46,462 nt of DNA, from contig JAPLLN010000038.1 in the NCBI GenBank assembly GCA_026387475.1, forward strand, positions 1 through 46,462. The letters are read 5' to 3'. Shown piece after piece: positions 44,466 through 46,462 of this stretch. Source of the stretch: Candidatus Omnitrophota bacterium. GTDB taxonomy: Bacteria > Omnitrophota > Gorgyraeia > Gygaellales > Profunditerraquicolaceae. Numbering within the stretch: the first letter of the stretch is position 1; every line of letters starts with the position of its first letter. The position numbers were made by a program, and so were the translations under genes. The notes under the pieces were generated by a model. The model saw nothing but the letters and a program-made list of their open reading frames with translations. It was not told where the DNA came from and ran no database searches.

Positions 44466-44470
44466 AAGAA

Positions 44471-44546
44471 CGGGGTCGACGAGATTTGAACTCGCGGTCT
44501 TCGCCGTGACAGGGCGACGTGTTAGACCAGGCTACACCACGACCCC
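44471..44546 (-). tRNA. tRNA-Asp(GTC), CCA not encoded
   Basis: Acceptor GGGGTCG/CGACCCC; anticodon arm TCGCC-CTGTCAC-GGCGA; T-loop TTCAAAT. Confidence 0.96.
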
Positions 44547-44566
44547 AAAGCTAAGGGTGTTTAATT

Positions 44567-46240
44567 CTAAACTAAAAAGGCCCTATTTGCAACTAAATTC
44601 TCTGGTAAAAGCTGGTGGGCGGTAGAGGATTCGGACCCCTGACCTTCTCTGTGTAAGAGAGACGTTCTAACCAGCTGAACTAACCGCCCGATTATCCCTA
44701 TTTTACAGCGGTTTATTTTAGCGCAATCCCTTAATTTCTCGCGCAATGCCTTCAACTCTTTACCCAGTTCATATCTTTCCAAGGCCAGCGCATACATCTC
44801 CGGGTCTTTTTGTTTTAGATTATTAAGCCTCATTTCTTCGGGAGTTTCCGGCCCCCTAAGGAGATATTTCGCCCGGAGGTCCTTAATCTTTTCCGCTTCC
44901 CAGGCTTTCTCCTTATCCGCGGGCGGTTTGTTTATCAACCCGACGTAGGACTTTAATTCCCTCGCCTTTTTCAGGGCTTTGATTTTTTCTTCTACGGGGC
45001 GCAACTCAAGCATCTTCTCCCGTATTTTCGGGGCATATTCAGAGCAGGCGGAAAGTTTTTCTAAATTCAACCTGGAATTAAAAGGCACGGGGTATTGGTA
45101 GAATTGCCTGGCCACGGCAATATTTTCTATGTTAAAACCCAGAGGCCTACCCGACGCTATTTTCTTACGCGCGGAGCGGATTGCCGCCTGCGCGCCTGCC
45201 GGAAGGACGTTTCTCCACCAATCCAGGCGCTCGCCGTAACACCAGGCGTATTCGTCCGTGCTCTTCAGGGCGTAATAAACATTATGCTCAAGCCAACGCA
45301 GCCTCTCCCGCGGGGTCAGAAAATAACTTAAGTAATCTCCCTCGGGCCTGCGCAAGTTTAAGGAGTGGTCCATATAAATGGCTGTCCCTACCTGGACTTG
45401 AGAAGAATACTTCTCCCGGTTGATCGGATCGATAAAAACCAGGGCATCTTCTTTAATAAACTGCCGGGCATCAGAGAATGCCTTGGAGTCAGTGTAATAA
45501 TAAGCGAATTCGTTTCCGTCGATAATGCGCGCGCCCGGGCCTAGAGCATCCAGCATGCCGTTAAGAAAAGCCGGGAGCAGGGCATAGTCATCATTTATCA
45601 GCCGCTTTAACCGGAGCTCCTGGTCAGGCTCCTTGGCTATATTCTTAAGCCAGCTGATCTGAAAAAATGTGAGCAGCCGCAATTCCGGCAATTCTTTTTG
45701 CAGGGCGTTAATAAACTCCATGCCGCGTTTACGCACCTGCGCCTCTACGTCGGAGAACGACCTGTTGCGGTACTCTTCCGAATAAGTCCAGGGGTTATTT
45801 CCGTATGGCTCGGGGTCAAAACAGATCCCCACGCAATGCCCGATCCTCGCGGCCCTTGCCACGAGGCGCAGGTTTGCCGTTATCGTGCGCCACCCCACAT
45901 CGTCAAACCAATTCATCCCCCACCTGTCAGTAGACTGAAGGCAGATAAAATTATCCGTAAACTTCCTCCATTTGATTGCGGCCAGCGCGTCCATTTGCGG
46001 TTTTAATTCAGATTCATTCCAGCGGCGCAATTCAAAAGCGTGGTTAAGCCCGCGCAACCGGAAGATGATCCCGTCAAAAGGCCTCTTCTCCATACTTCTG
46101 ATATTCTTCTCGATAAAATCAGGATACGGAACATCCGAAGAGCCATACTCAATAAGTTTTTTAGGATGTTCCTCCTGCGCCTTAACGCAAGCGGGAATAG
46201 TAATAAACCAAATAGCTAAAAGTAACGGGATAGCGCGCAT
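44567..46240 (-). CDS. Secreted hypothetical protein (possible glycoside hydrolase-like barrel plus helical tail); 3' end reads through tRNA-Val
   Basis: Signal peptide; PFDGI, WFDD, FDPEPY, IDGNE.AYYY, YAWCYGE motifs; charged helical C-terminal region. Confidence 0.7.
   Translation of the reverse strand: MRAIPLLLAIWFITIPACVKAQEEHPKKLIEYGSSDVPYPDFIEKNIRSMEKRPFDGIIFRLRGLNHAFELRRWNESELKPQMDALAAIKWRKFTDNFICLQSTDRWGMNWFDDVGWRTITANLRLVARAARIGHCVGICFDPEPYGNNPWTYSEEYRNRSFSDVEAQVRKRGMEFINALQKELPELRLLTFFQISWLKNIAKEPDQELRLKRLINDDYALLPAFLNGMLDALGPGARIIDGNEFAYYYTDSKAFSDARQFIKEDALVFIDPINREKYSSQVQVGTAIYMDHSLNLRRPEGDYLSYFLTPRERLRWLEHNVYYALKSTDEYAWCYGERLDWWRNVLPAGAQAAIRSARKKIASGRPLGFNIENIAVARQFYQYPVPFNSRLNLEKLSACSEYAPKIREKMLELRPVEEKIKALKKARELKSYVGLINKPPADKEKAWEAEKIKDLRAKYLLRGPETPEEMRLNNLKQKDPEMYALALERYELGKELKALREKLRDCAKINRCKIGIIGRLVQLVRTSLLHREGQGSESSTAHQLLPENLVANRAFLV
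44613..44689 (-). tRNA. tRNA-Val(TAC), CCA encoded, variant T-loop
   Basis: Acceptor GGGCGGT/ACCGCCC-ACCA; anticodon arm TCTCT-CTTACAC-AGAGA; T-loop TCCGAAT. Confidence 0.92.
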
Positions 46241-46242
46241 TT

Positions 46243-46462
46243 TTAGGAGAGTTGGCTGATAAATTCTTGGCTGGTTTTCAGGGGATCTGCCGCTTCTAAT
46301 ATCGGCCTGCCGATGACCAGATAATTACTCCCTGCCGCAACAGCTTCCTGGACCGTCGCTGTGCGCTTCTGGTCGTCTACGGAAACTTTTCCCGGCCGGA
46401 TACCGGGGGTGACAATAACAAAATCTTTTTTGATCTCTTTTCTCAAAAGGGCGGCCTCTCTC
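46243..46462 (-). CDS. pyrF: Orotidine 5'-phosphate decarboxylase, C-terminal part (5' end outside the window)
   Basis: VTPGIRP, DDQKR, YLVIGRPI. Confidence 0.95.
   Translation of the reverse strand, partial: REAALLRKEIKKDFVIVTPGIRPGKVSVDDQKRTATVQEAVAAGSNYLVIGRPILEAADPLKTSQEFISQLS

Noticed and set aside
44471-46240. Integrated mobile element at the tRNAs
   Set aside because: No integrase or transposase and no duplicated tRNA 3' end found in the window.

Overview
About 46 kb of bacterial chromosome with dense, almost entirely minus-strand coding (comM is the only plus-strand gene). The gene content suggests an uncultured anaerobe, possibly Ca. Omnitrophota; this is an impression, not a test result. 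The main result is a compact aromatic type II polyketide synthase operon (572-10316): KS-alpha, a chain-length factor with Arg at the usual Gln position, ACP, three cyclase types, an SDR, an amidohydrolase, a PanE-like reductase and two small uncharacterised proteins. A B12-radical SAM gene sits between CLF and ACP and no O2-dependent oxygenase is present. The operon has a consensus sigma70 promoter and a perfect 18-bp palindrome, directly behind an accA-padR pair. A second candidate system is a two-ATP-grasp plus KamA operon preceded by tandem NrdR-like boxes and a leader with a terminator and a short uORF. Other oddities: a YchF with no P-loop, a Kae1-only HypF, a degenerate ApbE/UPF0280 protein, a PilZ-membrane-glycosidase-like fusion, an exonuclease-WYL fusion, a 7-nt tandem repeat inside folC, and an ORF that reads through tRNA-Val. 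All family assignments come from motif recognition by eye; no database searches were run.
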